41,389 bases of DNA from a virus (IMGVR_UViG_3300024309_000056:1-41389), one strand, 5' to 3'; shown: positions 1 through 9,402, numbered from the stretch's first letter. The notes: generated by a model from the sequence alone, not told the origin. Numbers and translations are program-made.

Positions 1-83
1 GTACCGTCCTGCTGAACGATGCGTCCGATGGAGAGGCGAAAGCTGTTGGACCCGAGGTCCACCGCGGCCAGAAGTTGATCCAT
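1..83 (-). CDS. ppx: Exopolyphosphatase Ppx, 5' end only (runs off window start)
   Basis: Manual translation from ATG at 83 on the minus strand gives MDQLLAAVDLGSNSFRLSIGRIVQQDG; AAVDLGSNSF is the Ppx/GppA N-terminal motif; divergent from ppk1. Not in the ORF track. Confidence 0.9.
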   Translation of the reverse strand, partial: MDQLLAAVDLGSNSFRLSIGRIVQQDG

Positions 84-240
84 GCGGCTCGTGAAATATT
101 GGCTGTGAGGTGGCCTGATTATAGAGACCCCATGTGACAGCGTTCCGAACCCCGTGTTTTTTCTTACGGAACAGGGGGTTGGGAGAATATATCGGACCGT
201 TACACGTCCCGGTTTTGGCGTACGCTACGTTTTTGGCGTT

Positions 241-258
241 GTGTCATGGAACCGTCAC
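241..258 (+). promoter_or_regulatory. Putative Pho box upstream of ppk1
   Basis: GTGTCAT-GGAA-CCGTCAC resembles the PhoB consensus CTGTCAT-N4-CTGTCAY with 11-bp periodicity; a further half-site CTGTCAC lies on the minus strand at 134-140. Confidence 0.55.
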
Positions 259-292
259 TTTTTTGCAGTAAAACTCCACGCTCCCCCTACGT

Positions 293-2380
293 ATGGAACC
301 CGGTATGCCCTCACGCCCTCCCGCCGAGCCTTTGCTCATGAATCGCGAGCTGTCGCTGCTGAAATTCAATGAACGTGTGCTGGCGATGGCGGAGGATCCG
401 AAAACGCCCCTGCTCGAACGATTGCGCTATGTGTGCATTGTCAGTTCCAACCTGGACGAATTCTTCGAGATCAGGATTTCCAGCCTGAAGGAGCAGCAGC
501 GCCAGTCGCCGAACCTGGTGGGGCCCGACGGCATGACCCCGGACGTGGCGTTCGAGCACGTCCAGCAGGCCGTGCACGAACTGGTCGGGCGCCAGTACAA
601 CCTGCTGAACGACGAGATCCTTCCCGCCATGCACGCGGAGGGCATCACCCTGCATCACGCGTCCGAATGGAATCCGCAGCAGCAGGAATGGGCGCGCGAA
701 GTGTTCAACCGCGACGTGATGCCGCTGCTGACCCCCATCGGGCTGGATCCGGCGCATCCCTTTCCGCGCGTCTATAACAAAAGCCTGAATTTCATCGTGT
801 CGCTGTCGGGGGCGGACGCGTTCGGCCGCCAGGCCTCGATCGCCGTGGTGCAGGCACCGCGCGCGCTGCCGCGCCTGATCAAGATGCCGCAGGAGCTCTC
901 CGGCCACCCCGAGGGCTACATTCTGCTGACTTCGCTTTTGCGCGCCTTCGTCGGCGAGCTGTTCCCCGGCCTGGAGATGCTGGGTTGTTACCAATGGCGG
1001 GTGACGCGCAACAGCGACCTGTTCGTGGACGAAGAGGAAGTCACCAACCTGCGCCACGCCCTGCAGGGCGAACTGTCGCAGCGCAATTTCGGCGCCGCCG
1101 TCCGGCTGGAGATCGACAAGCTGACGCCGGTCGAGCTCGAAACCTTCCTGCAGCGCGAGTTCTCCCTGAAGGCCGAGGACACCTACCGCGTGCCCGGCCC
1201 GGTGAACTTGTCGCGCCTGATGCAGCTGTGCAATTCGGATTCGCGGCCGGATCTGCTGTTTCCCGACTACCGCGCGCCCGTGCCGGCGCCGTTCGACAAG
1301 GTGGGCGACAAGCCCTCCGAGCTGTTCGAAGCCGTGGCCGAGCGGGACCGGCTGCTGCATCACCCCTACCAGTCGTTCCAGCCCGTCATCGATTTCCTGA
1401 CCGCCGCCGCACTGGATCCGGACGTCATGGCCATCAAGCAGACCATCTACCGCACTGGCGAGGACTCCGAGCTGATGAAGATCCTGCTGGCCGCGGCGCG
1501 CGCCGGCAAGGAAGTGACGGTGGTGGTGGAACTGATGGCGCGGTTCGACGAGCAGACCAACATCAACTGGGCTTCCAAGCTGGAAGAGGTGGGCGCCCAC
1601 GTGGTGTACGGCGTGGTGGCGCACAAGACGCACGCCAAGATGGCCGTGGTACTGCGCCGCGAGAAAGGGCGCCTGCGCCGCTACGCCCACCTGGGCACCG
1701 GCAACTACCATCCGCGCACGGCGCGCCTTTACACCGATTTCGGCCTGCTGACCGCCGATCCCCGGCTGTGCGAGGACATGGACAAGGTGTTCGCGCAACT
1801 GACCGGCCTGGGCGCGCGCCGCTCGCTCAAGGCGCTGATGCAGTCGCCATTCACCATGCACGACGGCATGGTCGCCCTGATCCGCGCCGAGGCCCGGGCG
1901 GCCAAGGCGGGCAAGCGTTCCCGCATCATGGCCAAAATGAACTCCCTGCTGGAAGAGCAGGTCATCGAAGAGCTCTACAAGGCAGGGCAGGCCGGCGTGA
2001 AGATCGACCTGATCGTGCGCGGCGTGTGCGCCCTGCGGGCGGGCGTGCCGGGGCTGTCCGAGAACATCCGGGTGCGTTCCATCGTGGGCCGCTTCCTGGA
2101 GCATTCCCGGGTCTTCTACTTCTATGCCGACGGCGAGGAAACCGTCTACCTGTCCTCGGCCGACTGGATGGACCGCAATTTCTTCCGCCGCGTGGAAATC
2201 GCCTTCCCGATCTACGACAAGACCCTGAAAAAACGAGTGATCGACGAGGCCTTCACCTACGCCCTGCGCGACAACCAGCTCGCCTGGCAGCAGCAGCCCG
2301 ACGGCGACTACGCCCGCGTCAAGAGCCGCCGCGAACCCTTCAACGTGCATCAGTACCTGATGCAGAAGCTCGGCGTGTAA
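293..2380 (+). CDS. ppk1: Polyphosphate kinase 1
   Basis: 695 aa with NRELSLLKFNERVL, SSNLDEFFEIR, LHHPYQSF, KTHAK, HLGTGNY and RFLEHSR motifs. Start could be 305. Confidence 0.97.
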   Translation: MEPGMPSRPPAEPLLMNRELSLLKFNERVLAMAEDPKTPLLERLRYVCIVSSNLDEFFEIRISSLKEQQRQSPNLVGPDGMTPDVAFEHVQQAVHELVGRQYNLLNDEILPAMHAEGITLHHASEWNPQQQEWAREVFNRDVMPLLTPIGLDPAHPFPRVYNKSLNFIVSLSGADAFGRQASIAVVQAPRALPRLIKMPQELSGHPEGYILLTSLLRAFVGELFPGLEMLGCYQWRVTRNSDLFVDEEEVTNLRHALQGELSQRNFGAAVRLEIDKLTPVELETFLQREFSLKAEDTYRVPGPVNLSRLMQLCNSDSRPDLLFPDYRAPVPAPFDKVGDKPSELFEAVAERDRLLHHPYQSFQPVIDFLTAAALDPDVMAIKQTIYRTGEDSELMKILLAAARAGKEVTVVVELMARFDEQTNINWASKLEEVGAHVVYGVVAHKTHAKMAVVLRREKGRLRRYAHLGTGNYHPRTARLYTDFGLLTADPRLCEDMDKVFAQLTGLGARRSLKALMQSPFTMHDGMVALIRAEARAAKAGKRSRIMAKMNSLLEEQVIEELYKAGQAGVKIDLIVRGVCALRAGVPGLSENIRVRSIVGRFLEHSRVFYFYADGEETVYLSSADWMDRNFFRRVEIAFPIYDKTLKKRVIDEAFTYALRDNQLAWQQQPDGDYARVKSRREPFNVHQYLMQKLGV

Positions 2381-2499
2381 CTCCCGCCGTCCGAAAGGGG
2401 CGGCGTGTCGACGCAACGCCCCGATCCACACCAGCGGATCCGTCCCCGCGGATCCGCCTCCGGTGTCCCCGACCCGCCTCCAGCGCCCCGCACACCCAT

Positions 2500-2612
2500 G
2501 GCCGACATTCGAGGCAAGGTGCCCCAAAGCCAGGCCGCGCGGATCCGGCTCCGCCGGTCCGCCACCGGCGCCCCCCTGGGGGGGAAGGCGCGCAGCGCCT
2601 GCGGGGGGGGGA
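2500..2612. repeat. REP-like GC-rich intergenic palindromic element
   Basis: CCCCCCTGGGGGGG, AGGCGCGCAGCGCCT and a poly-G run between ppk1 and pstS; resembles Burkholderiales intergenic repeats; only one copy in the window. Confidence 0.35.
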
Positions 2613-2618
2613 TCATGA

Positions 2619-2652
2619 CTGTCACTATCCTGTCATCTTGGACTTCTAAGAT
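2619..2652 (+). promoter_or_regulatory. Pho box and -10 of the pstS promoter
   Basis: CTGTCAC-TATC-CTGTCAT (2619-2636) followed 10 nt later by TAAGAT (2647-2652), the canonical PhoB promoter geometry. Confidence 0.88.
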
Positions 2653-2724
2653 GCGAGGGTCGCTGAAAGACAGGCAGTTCCCAAGCCTGCCAAGACTCCT
2701 CCAACGAGCACAGAAGGAACCCAG

Positions 2725-3762
2725 ATGTTCAAACGTGTCTTCAAACAAGTTTCCCTGGGCGTCGCGCTGAGCGCCGCCGTCTTCGCCGTCCAGGCCGCCG
2801 ATGTGACCGGCGCCGGCGCATCGTTCCCGTACCCGATCTACGCCAAGTGGGCGTCGGACTACAAGGCTGCCACCAACAACGCCGTGAACTACCAGTCGAT
2901 CGGTTCGGGCGGCGGCCAGCAGCAGATCATCGCCAAGACCGTCGATTTCGGCGCTTCGGATGACCCGATGAAGGCAGCCGACCTGGAAAAGAACGGCCTG
3001 CTGCAGTTCCCCGCCGTGATCGGCGGCACCGTTGCCGTGGTCAACATCGACGGCGTGGAGCCGGGCAAGCTGAAGCTGTCGGGCACCGTGCTGGCCGACA
3101 TCTTCCTGGGCAAGATCAAGAAGTGGGACGACGCCGCCATCAAGGCGCTGAACCCCGACCTCAAGCTGCCGTCGGCCGACATCATCGTCGTGCACCGTTC
3201 GGACGGCTCGGGCACCACCTTCGGCTGGACCAACTACCTGTCCAAGGTGTCGGCCGACTGGAAGTCGCAGGTCGGTGAAGGCAAGGCCGTCAAGTGGCCC
3301 ACCGGCCAGGGCGGCAAGGGCAACGAAGGCGTCGCCGCCTACGTCGGCCAGCTGAAGAACTCGATCGGCTACGTCGAATACGCCTACGCCAAGCAGAACA
3401 AGCTGGCCTGGACGCAGCTGCAGAACAAGGACGGCAAGTTCGTCCAGCCCGAGCAGAAGGCCTTCGCCGCCGCGGCCGCCAACGCCGACTGGAAGAGCGC
3501 GCCCGGCATGGGCGTGGTCCTGACCGACGAGCCGGGCGCCGATTCGTGGCCCGTGACCGCCGCCACCTTCATCCTGGTGCACAAGTCGCAAGACAAGCCG
3601 GCCCAGGGCAAGGCTGTGCTGGAATTCTTCGACTGGGCGTTCAAGAACGGCGCCAAGTCGGCCGAAGCGATGGACTACGTGCCGCTGCCGGAAGCCGTGA
3701 CCAAGGAAATCCGCGCCGCTTGGGGCGAGGTCAAGGCCGCCGACGGCAAGGCCGTCTGGTAG
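2725..3762 (+). CDS. pstS: Phosphate ABC transporter substrate-binding protein
   Basis: Signal peptide, GAGASFPYPIY, YQSIGSGGG, DFGASD, HRSDGSGTT, IGYVEYAYA. Confidence 0.97.
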   Translation: MFKRVFKQVSLGVALSAAVFAVQAADVTGAGASFPYPIYAKWASDYKAATNNAVNYQSIGSGGGQQQIIAKTVDFGASDDPMKAADLEKNGLLQFPAVIGGTVAVVNIDGVEPGKLKLSGTVLADIFLGKIKKWDDAAIKALNPDLKLPSADIIVVHRSDGSGTTFGWTNYLSKVSADWKSQVGEGKAVKWPTGQGGKGNEGVAAYVGQLKNSIGYVEYAYAKQNKLAWTQLQNKDGKFVQPEQKAFAAAAANADWKSAPGMGVVLTDEPGADSWPVTAATFILVHKSQDKPAQGKAVLEFFDWAFKNGAKSAEAMDYVPLPEAVTKEIRAAWGEVKAADGKAVW

Positions 3763-3830
3763 GATGGGTGTAGCGCGGCAAAGACTCGGCAAGAATGCCG
3801 GCCCGGAGCGCGCGCAACCCATCACGACCG

Positions 3831-3859
3831 CCCTGGCCTTCCCTCCAAGGAAGCCAGGG
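3831..3859 (+). other. Intercistronic stem-loop between pstS and pstC
   Basis: CCCTGGC-CTTCC...GGAAG-CCAGGG inverted repeat; likely stabilises pstS mRNA (inference). Confidence 0.5.
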
Positions 3860-3917
3860 CCGGCCCGCCCCAACCCCCCGAAGTCTCTCCCTCAGATTTT
3901 CCAAGGAAAGTCCATCC

Positions 3918-4934
3918 ATGAGCGCGGTAATGGATAATAGTGTGCCGCTTCCGCCCAGCGTGGCGGACTCCGTGACTACCGGCACGCCTTCGCCTATGAA
4001 GCAAAACAACAACGCGCTGATGGATGCGCTATTCAAGAATCTGACACGGCTGTTCGCCTTCCTGGTGTTCATCCTGTTGGCGGCGATCCTGGTGTCCCTG
4101 ATTTATGGCAGTCGGGAATCGCTGGCCAAATACGGCCTGTCGTTCCTCTGGCTCAACGACTGGGACCCCGTCAACCAGAACTACGGCGCGGTCGTGCCCA
4201 TCATCGGCACGCTCCTGACCTCGGCCATCGCCCTGATCATCGCCGTGCCCGTGTCGTTCGGCATCGCCATCTTCCTGACCGAACTGTCGCCCACCTGGCT
4301 GCGTCGCCCGTTGGGCACCGCCATCGAAATGCTGGCGGCCATTCCGTCCATCATCTACGGCATGTGGGGCCTGTTCGTCTTCGTCCCCGTGTTCCAGCAA
4401 TACGTGCAGCCCTTCCTGATCGCCACGCTGGGCAGCGTGCCCGTGATCGGCGGCATCTTCGCGGGGCCGCCCTTCGGCATCGGCATCTTCACGGCGGGCC
4501 TGATTCTCTCGATCATGATCATCCCGTTCATCGCCGCGGTCATGCGCGACGTGTTCGAACTCGTGCCGACGATGCTCAAGGAATCGGCCTACGGCCTGGG
4601 CAGCACGACCTGGGAAGTGATGTGGCGCGTGGTCCTGCCGTTCACGAAGTCTGGCGTCATCGGCGGCATCATGCTCGGCCTGGGGCGCGCGCTGGGCGAG
4701 ACCATGGCCGTCACCTTCGTCATCGGCAACGCCTTCAAGTGGTCCGGCTCGCTGTTCTCGCCCGGCAACTCGATTGCCTCCGCGCTGGCCAATGAATTCA
4801 ACGAAGCGGGCGGGATCCAGAAAGCGGCGCTCCTGGAACTGGGCCTGATCCTGTTCCTGATCACGACGATCGTGCTGGCGCTGGCCAAGGTGCTGTTGAT
4901 TCGCCTCTCCGCCAACGAAGGCAAGAAGTCCTGA
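3918..4934 (+). CDS. pstC: Phosphate ABC transporter permease
   Basis: Multi-TM protein, [19 protein letters not shown] (EAA loop), [10 protein letters not shown]; start moved to ATG 3918 after AAGGA. Confidence 0.95.
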   Translation: MSAVMDNSVPLPPSVADSVTTGTPSPMKQNNNALMDALFKNLTRLFAFLVFILLAAILVSLIYGSRESLAKYGLSFLWLNDWDPVNQNYGAVVPIIGTLLTSAIALIIAVPVSFGIAIFLTELSPTWLRRPLGTAIEMLAAIPSIIYGMWGLFVFVPVFQQYVQPFLIATLGSVPVIGGIFAGPPFGIGIFTAGLILSIMIIPFIAAVMRDVFELVPTMLKESAYGLGSTTWEVMWRVVLPFTKSGVIGGIMLGLGRALGETMAVTFVIGNAFKWSGSLFSPGNSIASALANEFNEAGGIQKAALLELGLILFLITTIVLALAKVLLIRLSANEGKKS

Positions 4935-4960
4935 CGCGCCGCGAGCACAAGGAAAAAAAC

Positions 4961-5815
4961 ATGGCTGTATCCGTACTCAATATGCAGAACGGCATCTACC
5001 GCCGGCGCCGCGTGGTCAACCGCATCATGTTGACCGTCTCGCTGGGCACGCTGGCGTTCGGGCTGTTCTGGCTGTTCTGGATCATTCTGACCCTGCTGGT
5101 CAAGGGCGCGCCCGCCCTGTCGCTGACCCTGTTCACCGAGATCACCCCGCCGCCCGGACAGGCCGGCGGCCTGATCAACGCCATCTTCGGCAGCGTGGTC
5201 ATGGCCGGGGTCGGCACGCTGATCGGCACGCCGGTCGGCATCCTGGCCGGCACCTACCTGGCCGAATACGGCCACCGCGGCTGGCTGGCGCCGGCCACGC
5301 GCTTCCTGAACGACGTGCTGCTGTCGGCTCCTTCCATCATCATCGGCCTCTTCATCTACGCCGTGTACGTGGCGCAGGTGGGGCACTACTCGGGCTGGGC
5401 CGGCGCGCTGGCGCTCTCCATCCTGGTGATCCCGGTGGTGGTGCGCACCACCGACAACATGCTGCTGCTGGTTCCCAACAGCCTGCGCGAAGCCGCCGCG
5501 GCGCTGGGCTGCCCCAAGTGGCGCATGATCACCCTGGTGTGCTATCGCGCCGCCAAGACCGGCATCATCACCGGCGTGCTGCTGGCCATCGCCCGCATCT
5601 CCGGCGAGACCGCGCCGCTGCTGTTCACCGCGCTGTCCAACCAGTTCATGTCGTTCAACATGAACGCGCCGATGGCCAACCTGCCGGTCGTGATCTACCA
5701 ATACGCCGCCAGCCCCTTCAAGGACTGGAACAACCTGGCCTGGGCCGGGGCCACGCTGATTACGCTGCTGGTGCTGGGCATCAACATCATTGCCCGCAAC
5801 ATGTTCCGCAAGTAA
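4961..5815 (+). CDS. pstA: Phosphate ABC transporter permease
   Basis: [28 protein letters not shown] motifs; operon position. Confidence 0.95.
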   Translation: MAVSVLNMQNGIYRRRRVVNRIMLTVSLGTLAFGLFWLFWIILTLLVKGAPALSLTLFTEITPPPGQAGGLINAIFGSVVMAGVGTLIGTPVGILAGTYLAEYGHRGWLAPATRFLNDVLLSAPSIIIGLFIYAVYVAQVGHYSGWAGALALSILVIPVVVRTTDNMLLLVPNSLREAAAALGCPKWRMITLVCYRAAKTGIITGVLLAIARISGETAPLLFTALSNQFMSFNMNAPMANLPVVIYQYAASPFKDWNNLAWAGATLITLLVLGINIIARNMFRK

Positions 5816-5863
5816 AGATCGCTATACCGGCGCGCAAGGCGCGCCGGCGCCAAGGGAAACCAA

Positions 5864-6640
5864 ATGGAAAACACCGTTACCGCCGTCAAGAACAAGATCG
5901 AGGTCAAGAACCTGAACTTCTACTACGGCAAGTTCCATGCGATCCGCAATGTGAACATGTCGATCCAGGAGAAGAAGGTCACCGCCTTCATCGGCCCGTC
6001 GGGCTGCGGCAAGTCCACGCTGCTGCGCACGTTCAACCGCATGTTCGAGCTGTATCCCGGCCAGCGCGCCGAGGGCGAGATCATCCTGGACGGCGAAAAC
6101 CTGTTGACCGCCAAGACCGACATCTCCCTGATCCGGGCCAAGGTCGGCATGGTGTTCCAGAAGCCCACGCCGTTCCCCATGAGCATCTACGACAACATCG
6201 CCTTCGGCGTGCGCCTGTTCGAGCGCCTGTCCAAGGGCGAGATGGACGAGCGCGTGGAATGGGCGCTGAGCAAGGCCGCGCTGTGGAACGAAGTGAAGGA
6301 CAAGCTGCACCAGAACGGCAACAGCCTCTCGGGCGGCCAGCAGCAGCGCCTGTGCATCGCGCGCGGCGTCGCCATCAAGCCCGAGGTGCTGCTCCTGGAC
6401 GAGCCGTGCTCCGCGCTGGACCCGATTTCCACCGCCAAGATCGAAGAACTGATCGCCGAACTGAAGAACGACTACACCGTCGTCATCGTGACGCACAACA
6501 TGCAGCAGGCGGCCCGCTGCTCGGACTTCACCGCCTACATGTACCTGGGCGAGCTGATGGAATTCGGCCAGACCGACCAGATCTTCGTGAAGCCGTCGCG
6601 CAAGGAAACGGAAGACTACATCACGGGCCGTTTCGGCTGA
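5864..6640 (+). CDS. pstB: Phosphate ABC transporter ATP-binding protein
   Basis: Walker [40 protein letters not shown]-terminus. Confidence 0.97.
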   Translation: MENTVTAVKNKIEVKNLNFYYGKFHAIRNVNMSIQEKKVTAFIGPSGCGKSTLLRTFNRMFELYPGQRAEGEIILDGENLLTAKTDISLIRAKVGMVFQKPTPFPMSIYDNIAFGVRLFERLSKGEMDERVEWALSKAALWNEVKDKLHQNGNSLSGGQQQRLCIARGVAIKPEVLLLDEPCSALDPISTAKIEELIAELKNDYTVVIVTHNMQQAARCSDFTAYMYLGELMEFGQTDQIFVKPSRKETEDYITGRFG

Positions 6641-6780
6641 GCGGCTGCGGACGTCCGCGGACCGGAAACGGCGCGCCCAGGCGCGCCGTTTGCATTTCAA
6701 ATATAGGGTAGGCAGCCAGGTGACAGCCTGTGGGCGGGCCCCGGGCGGGACCGCCACGATGACGCCGGCGGGCCAGTATC

Positions 6781-6789
6781 TGGTATAGT
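6781..6789 (+). promoter_or_regulatory. Extended -10 promoter element for the tRNA
   Basis: TG-G-TATAGT ending 10 nt upstream of the mature tRNA start. Confidence 0.55.
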
Positions 6790-6799
6790 TGCCACCCTT

Positions 6800-6876
6800 C
6801 GGGGCGTAGCGCAGCCTGGTAGCGCATCTGCTTTGGGAGCAGAGGGTCGCGAGTTCGAATCCCGCCGCCCCGACCA
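6800..6876 (+). tRNA. tRNA-Pro (anticodon TGG)
   Basis: 77 nt CGGGGCG...CGCCCCGACCA; anticodon arm TCTGC-TTTGGGA-GCAGA; GTTCGAATC T-loop; encoded CCA. Confidence 0.97.
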
Positions 6877-6884
6877 ATAAAATC

Positions 6885-6918
6885 AAGGCCGTTAGTGAGA
6901 GTGTTCACTAACGGCCTT
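6885..6918 (+). terminator. Hairpin after tRNA (terminator-like)
   Basis: Perfect 14-bp stem AAGGCCGTTAGTGA / TCACTAACGGCCTT, 6-nt loop, followed by T-rich TGTCATTT. Confidence 0.75.
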
Positions 6919-6934
6919 TGTCATTTCTGAGGCG

Positions 6935-6956
6935 ATGGGGCAACTTATGGGGCAAC
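6935..6956 (+). repeat. Tandem 10-bp direct repeat, putative integrase arm-type sites
   Basis: ATGGGGCAAC-TT-ATGGGGCAAC about 60 bp from the tRNA end; position typical for tyrosine-integrase arm sites (inference). Confidence 0.65.
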
Positions 6957-7308
6957 CGGTCGGCGGGGGGCACTTCGAACAGATTTCACTTCTACGCTAT
7001 GCTCTGTCCGCGTCTCAAGATAGCCGTGAAGACTGCCGGGGCGACACGCTCAAATGGGGGCAGGGTCTAGCCGGTTCATCGCTATTGCTGGGGGCGGCCA
7101 TTCTGTGCGGGTGCTAGGACAGGTCGTCTGGGCTGGTGGCAGGCTGCGGGACGATGAGGCGGGGCAGTGGGTGCGGTCGTGAGCGGCGTGCATTGTTGCC
7201 CTTTTGATTAAGCCAACGGGTATCAGCGGGAAAGGGTTTGTTGGGGTTGGCGCGGGTGGAAAATCAACACGCAAATGCTACACTCACCCTCAAATTTACC
7301 TGCCCCAC

Positions 7309-8025
7309 ATGTACGACGGAACCGGAATGTACTCGCTGCGGGAAGCTGCTCGGCTAGTCCAGGCAAAGTCTCGCGACTTAAATCGCTGGCTCTTTGGTTA
7401 TCACTACCAAAAGGGGCGTGGCGAGGCGTCTGTCCGCACGTTTTCAGCACCTTTGTGGAAGACCCAGGTTGAACTCGGGAATTATGACGAACCGGTCATC
7501 GGATTCCGGGACCTGCTGGAGGTGCGCTTTGTACGAGCCTTCATCGCCCATGGGATTCCGCTAATCGTAATTCGGCGATGCCTGGAGAGCGCTCAAGCGA
7601 TCTATGGGGTTGATTATCCATTCACGACTCTCCAATTCAAAACTGATGGCAAGACCATCTTTGGAGAGGCGCTCAAGGAAGTTGAGAGCGAAGACGCGAT
7701 GGTTGACCTTCGAAATCGCCAAATTGTGTTCAGAGACATCATTCATCCCTCTCTTTACGCGGGGATCGAATACAACGGATCACAGGCCACTAAATGGTAC
7801 CCGACCACGCGCAGAGACCATATTGTCCTTGACCCTGCGCGACAGTTCGGAAGCCCGATTGTGGAAGATACGGGGACTCCGACCGATGCTCTTTATGCCT
7901 CTTTCTTAGCCGAGGGGGCAAATGACAGCGCACTGCACCTCACGTCAGAAATCTATGACGTGGCGGTTAAGTATGTCCGCTCTGCTATCAAGTTCGAAGA
8001 GAGCTTGAAGCAGACGGCGCATTGA
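7309..8025 (+). CDS. VapB45-like antitoxin (N-terminal HTH, C-terminal DUF433-like)
   Basis: GMYSLREAARLV, IGFRDLLEVRFV, YPF, IVLDPARQFGSPIV motifs; ATG 7309 (or 7327) preferred to the track start; overlaps the next gene by 4 nt. Confidence 0.75.
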   Translation: MYDGTGMYSLREAARLVQAKSRDLNRWLFGYHYQKGRGEASVRTFSAPLWKTQVELGNYDEPVIGFRDLLEVRFVRAFIAHGIPLIVIRRCLESAQAIYGVDYPFTTLQFKTDGKTIFGEALKEVESEDAMVDLRNRQIVFRDIIHPSLYAGIEYNGSQATKWYPTTRRDHIVLDPARQFGSPIVEDTGTPTDALYASFLAEGANDSALHLTSEIYDVAVKYVRSAIKFEESLKQTAH

Positions 8026-8432
8026 ATTTCCTCTTTGACAATAATTTGCCGCCCAGTTGGGCGGCTACGTTTGCTGCAGCGAGCCAGCGGTCCTTTCCTG
8101 ATACGGCACTGGGCGAGGTACGCCATCTTCGTGAGAAGTTTGCCGCCAATACGAAGGATCAAGAATGGCTGACGGTTCTTGGCGAAGAAGGAAACTGGGC
8201 AATAGTGTCCTGTGATAAATTTCGCAAGCAAGCCGGCGCGGAGCGTCAGGTAATTCGGCAGTATGGTCTTTCCGTCTTTGTGCTGCAGCCCTCTTGGGCT
8301 TCCAAGCGTTACTGGGAAAAACTTTCGCAGTTCGCGCTGTGGTGGCCGAGAATTGTTGAGCAATCCAACGCAGTAGAAGCGTCTACGGTAGAAGTCCCTT
8401 GGAAAATATCGAGCCGCTTCAAGCAGTTATAG
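8022..8432 (+). CDS. PIN-like domain toxin (VapC45/PIN_10-like)
   Basis: FLFDNNLP, TKDQEWL, WAIVSCD acidic PIN-type motifs; TTG start coupled to the upstream DUF433-like gene. Confidence 0.75.
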   Translation: MNFLFDNNLPPSWAATFAAASQRSFPDTALGEVRHLREKFAANTKDQEWLTVLGEEGNWAIVSCDKFRKQAGAERQVIRQYGLSVFVLQPSWASKRYWEKLSQFALWWPRIVEQSNAVEASTVEVPWKISSRFKQL

Positions 8433-8441
8433 ACAGTAGCC

Positions 8442-8468
8442 AAAGCCACCTCCGGGTGGCTTTTTTGT
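8442..8468 (+). terminator. Rho-independent terminator of the TA operon
   Basis: AAAGCCACC-TCCG-GGTGGC followed by TTTTTTGTT. Confidence 0.85.
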
Positions 8469-8650
8469 TGCCTACTGGTTCGCGTCACAGCTATCAGGCC
8501 AGCCGCGCTTGCTCGGGAAGTTGCTCACGGCCTGATCTTCTTGGTTTCGCTGTTCCAGCACTTTGGAGCAGCACTCTCAACATTCATAGGCGTTGGCAGT
8601 GAACGGAGCAGTTCACCGGCAGCGTCGCTGCAGCCGTGGCGGCGACAGAA

Positions 8651-9127
8651 CTACTTGAGCAACACCGCATCATGCACCCATTGATGGATAGGCGCTGAGT
8701 CTGGCGATATTCTTACCCATTGACCGTGCCTCCGATAGATTGGAATTACGGTGCCGGCTTTGATGTGAGCGACTACCGGGGCTTCAAACGCTGGCCACTC
8801 GAAGGCTGCGCCATCCACCCGCATGGTGCGCGTGGCTTCTGATGAACCAGCGGGTAGGTTGCTGATCACTGGCGGCACTGCTGGCGGGGGCGCAAGGGTC
8901 GGCTTGGGGTTGGCGGAGATTTGGGGCGCGGGTGGGGGAGAGGACGAGCGGGGGGGGGCGTAAGACGTGCCGCTACCGCCGGACCCGACACGGCAGGTTT
9001 TGCTCCATGATATGCACGAGTTTCCGCATGGTTGCCCGGTCTTGCAATTCTTGGCTTGAGCACCAGGAGTCAATCCTAGACATATGAAAGCTAAAAATGC
9101 GTGGGCCAGCCGTTTTTGTATTGTCAC
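8651..9127 (-). CDS. Secreted protein: signal peptide, 4-Cys motif, Pro-rich linker, SH3-like C-terminus
   Basis: GTG 9127 lies 9 nt after GAGGAGG; hydrophobic leader ending AQA; CKTGQPCGNSCISWSKTC; GQWVRI...QWVH resembles SH3b. Confidence 0.7.
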   Translation of the reverse strand: MTIQKRLAHAFLAFICLGLTPGAQAKNCKTGQPCGNSCISWSKTCRVGSGGSGTSYAPPRSSSPPPAPQISANPKPTLAPPPAVPPVISNLPAGSSEATRTMRVDGAAFEWPAFEAPVVAHIKAGTVIPIYRRHGQWVRISPDSAPIHQWVHDAVLLK

Positions 9128-9183
9128 AGTCGTTACCCTCCTCTGTAACGAATTATGCCGTAGAGGCCGGCTGGCCCGCATTT

Positions 9184-9402
9184 TTAAGTGCCGAAACTTC
9201 GTTGCTGCTTAATCTGCTGTTGGACCCACGCTTGCACCTCGGACTCGATCCACAGCGACGTCCGCCCGTTCTTGATGCATGCCGGGAATGCTCCGGCCTT
9301 GATCTGTTCGTAGATCTTGGTCTTCCCCATGCCGACACGCGCCTTCACCGCCGGCAGAGTAAGCAGACTTTCCCCATTGCTCCATACATCCGGTTGTTTC
9401 AT
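9184..9402 (-). CDS. AlpA-family excisionase/regulator
   Basis: 72 aa from ATG 9402: LLTLPAVKARVGMGKTKIYEQIKAGAFP...WIESEVQAWV; ATGA overlap with the rha-like stop. Confidence 0.88.
   Translation of the reverse strand: MKQPDVWSNGESLLTLPAVKARVGMGKTKIYEQIKAGAFPACIKNGRTSLWIESEVQAWVQQQIKQQRSFGT

Noticed and set aside
311-2527. 738-aa minus-strand ORF (and 985-2649 plus-strand ORF) over ppk1
   Set aside because: Shadow ORFs from high-GC codon bias; no motifs, fully overlap a confident gene.
2350-6886. Long antisense/alternate ORFs over pstSCAB and the tRNA
   Set aside because: Same shadow effect; the pst genes explain the region.
6881-6895. IHF site next to att (AATCAAGGCCGTTAG)
   Set aside because: Spacing is one base off the WATCAANNNNTTR consensus; not supportable alone.
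6935-7300. Short ORFs (6935-7117, 7050-7274) and G-rich stretch as a possible integrase remnant
   Set aside because: No recombinase motif seen in the translated frames provided; no SD support; left unannotated.
8470-8650. Possible gene remnant between the TA terminator and the SH3-like gene (track ORF 8399-8602)
   Set aside because: The ORF crosses a terminator and has no recognisable motif.
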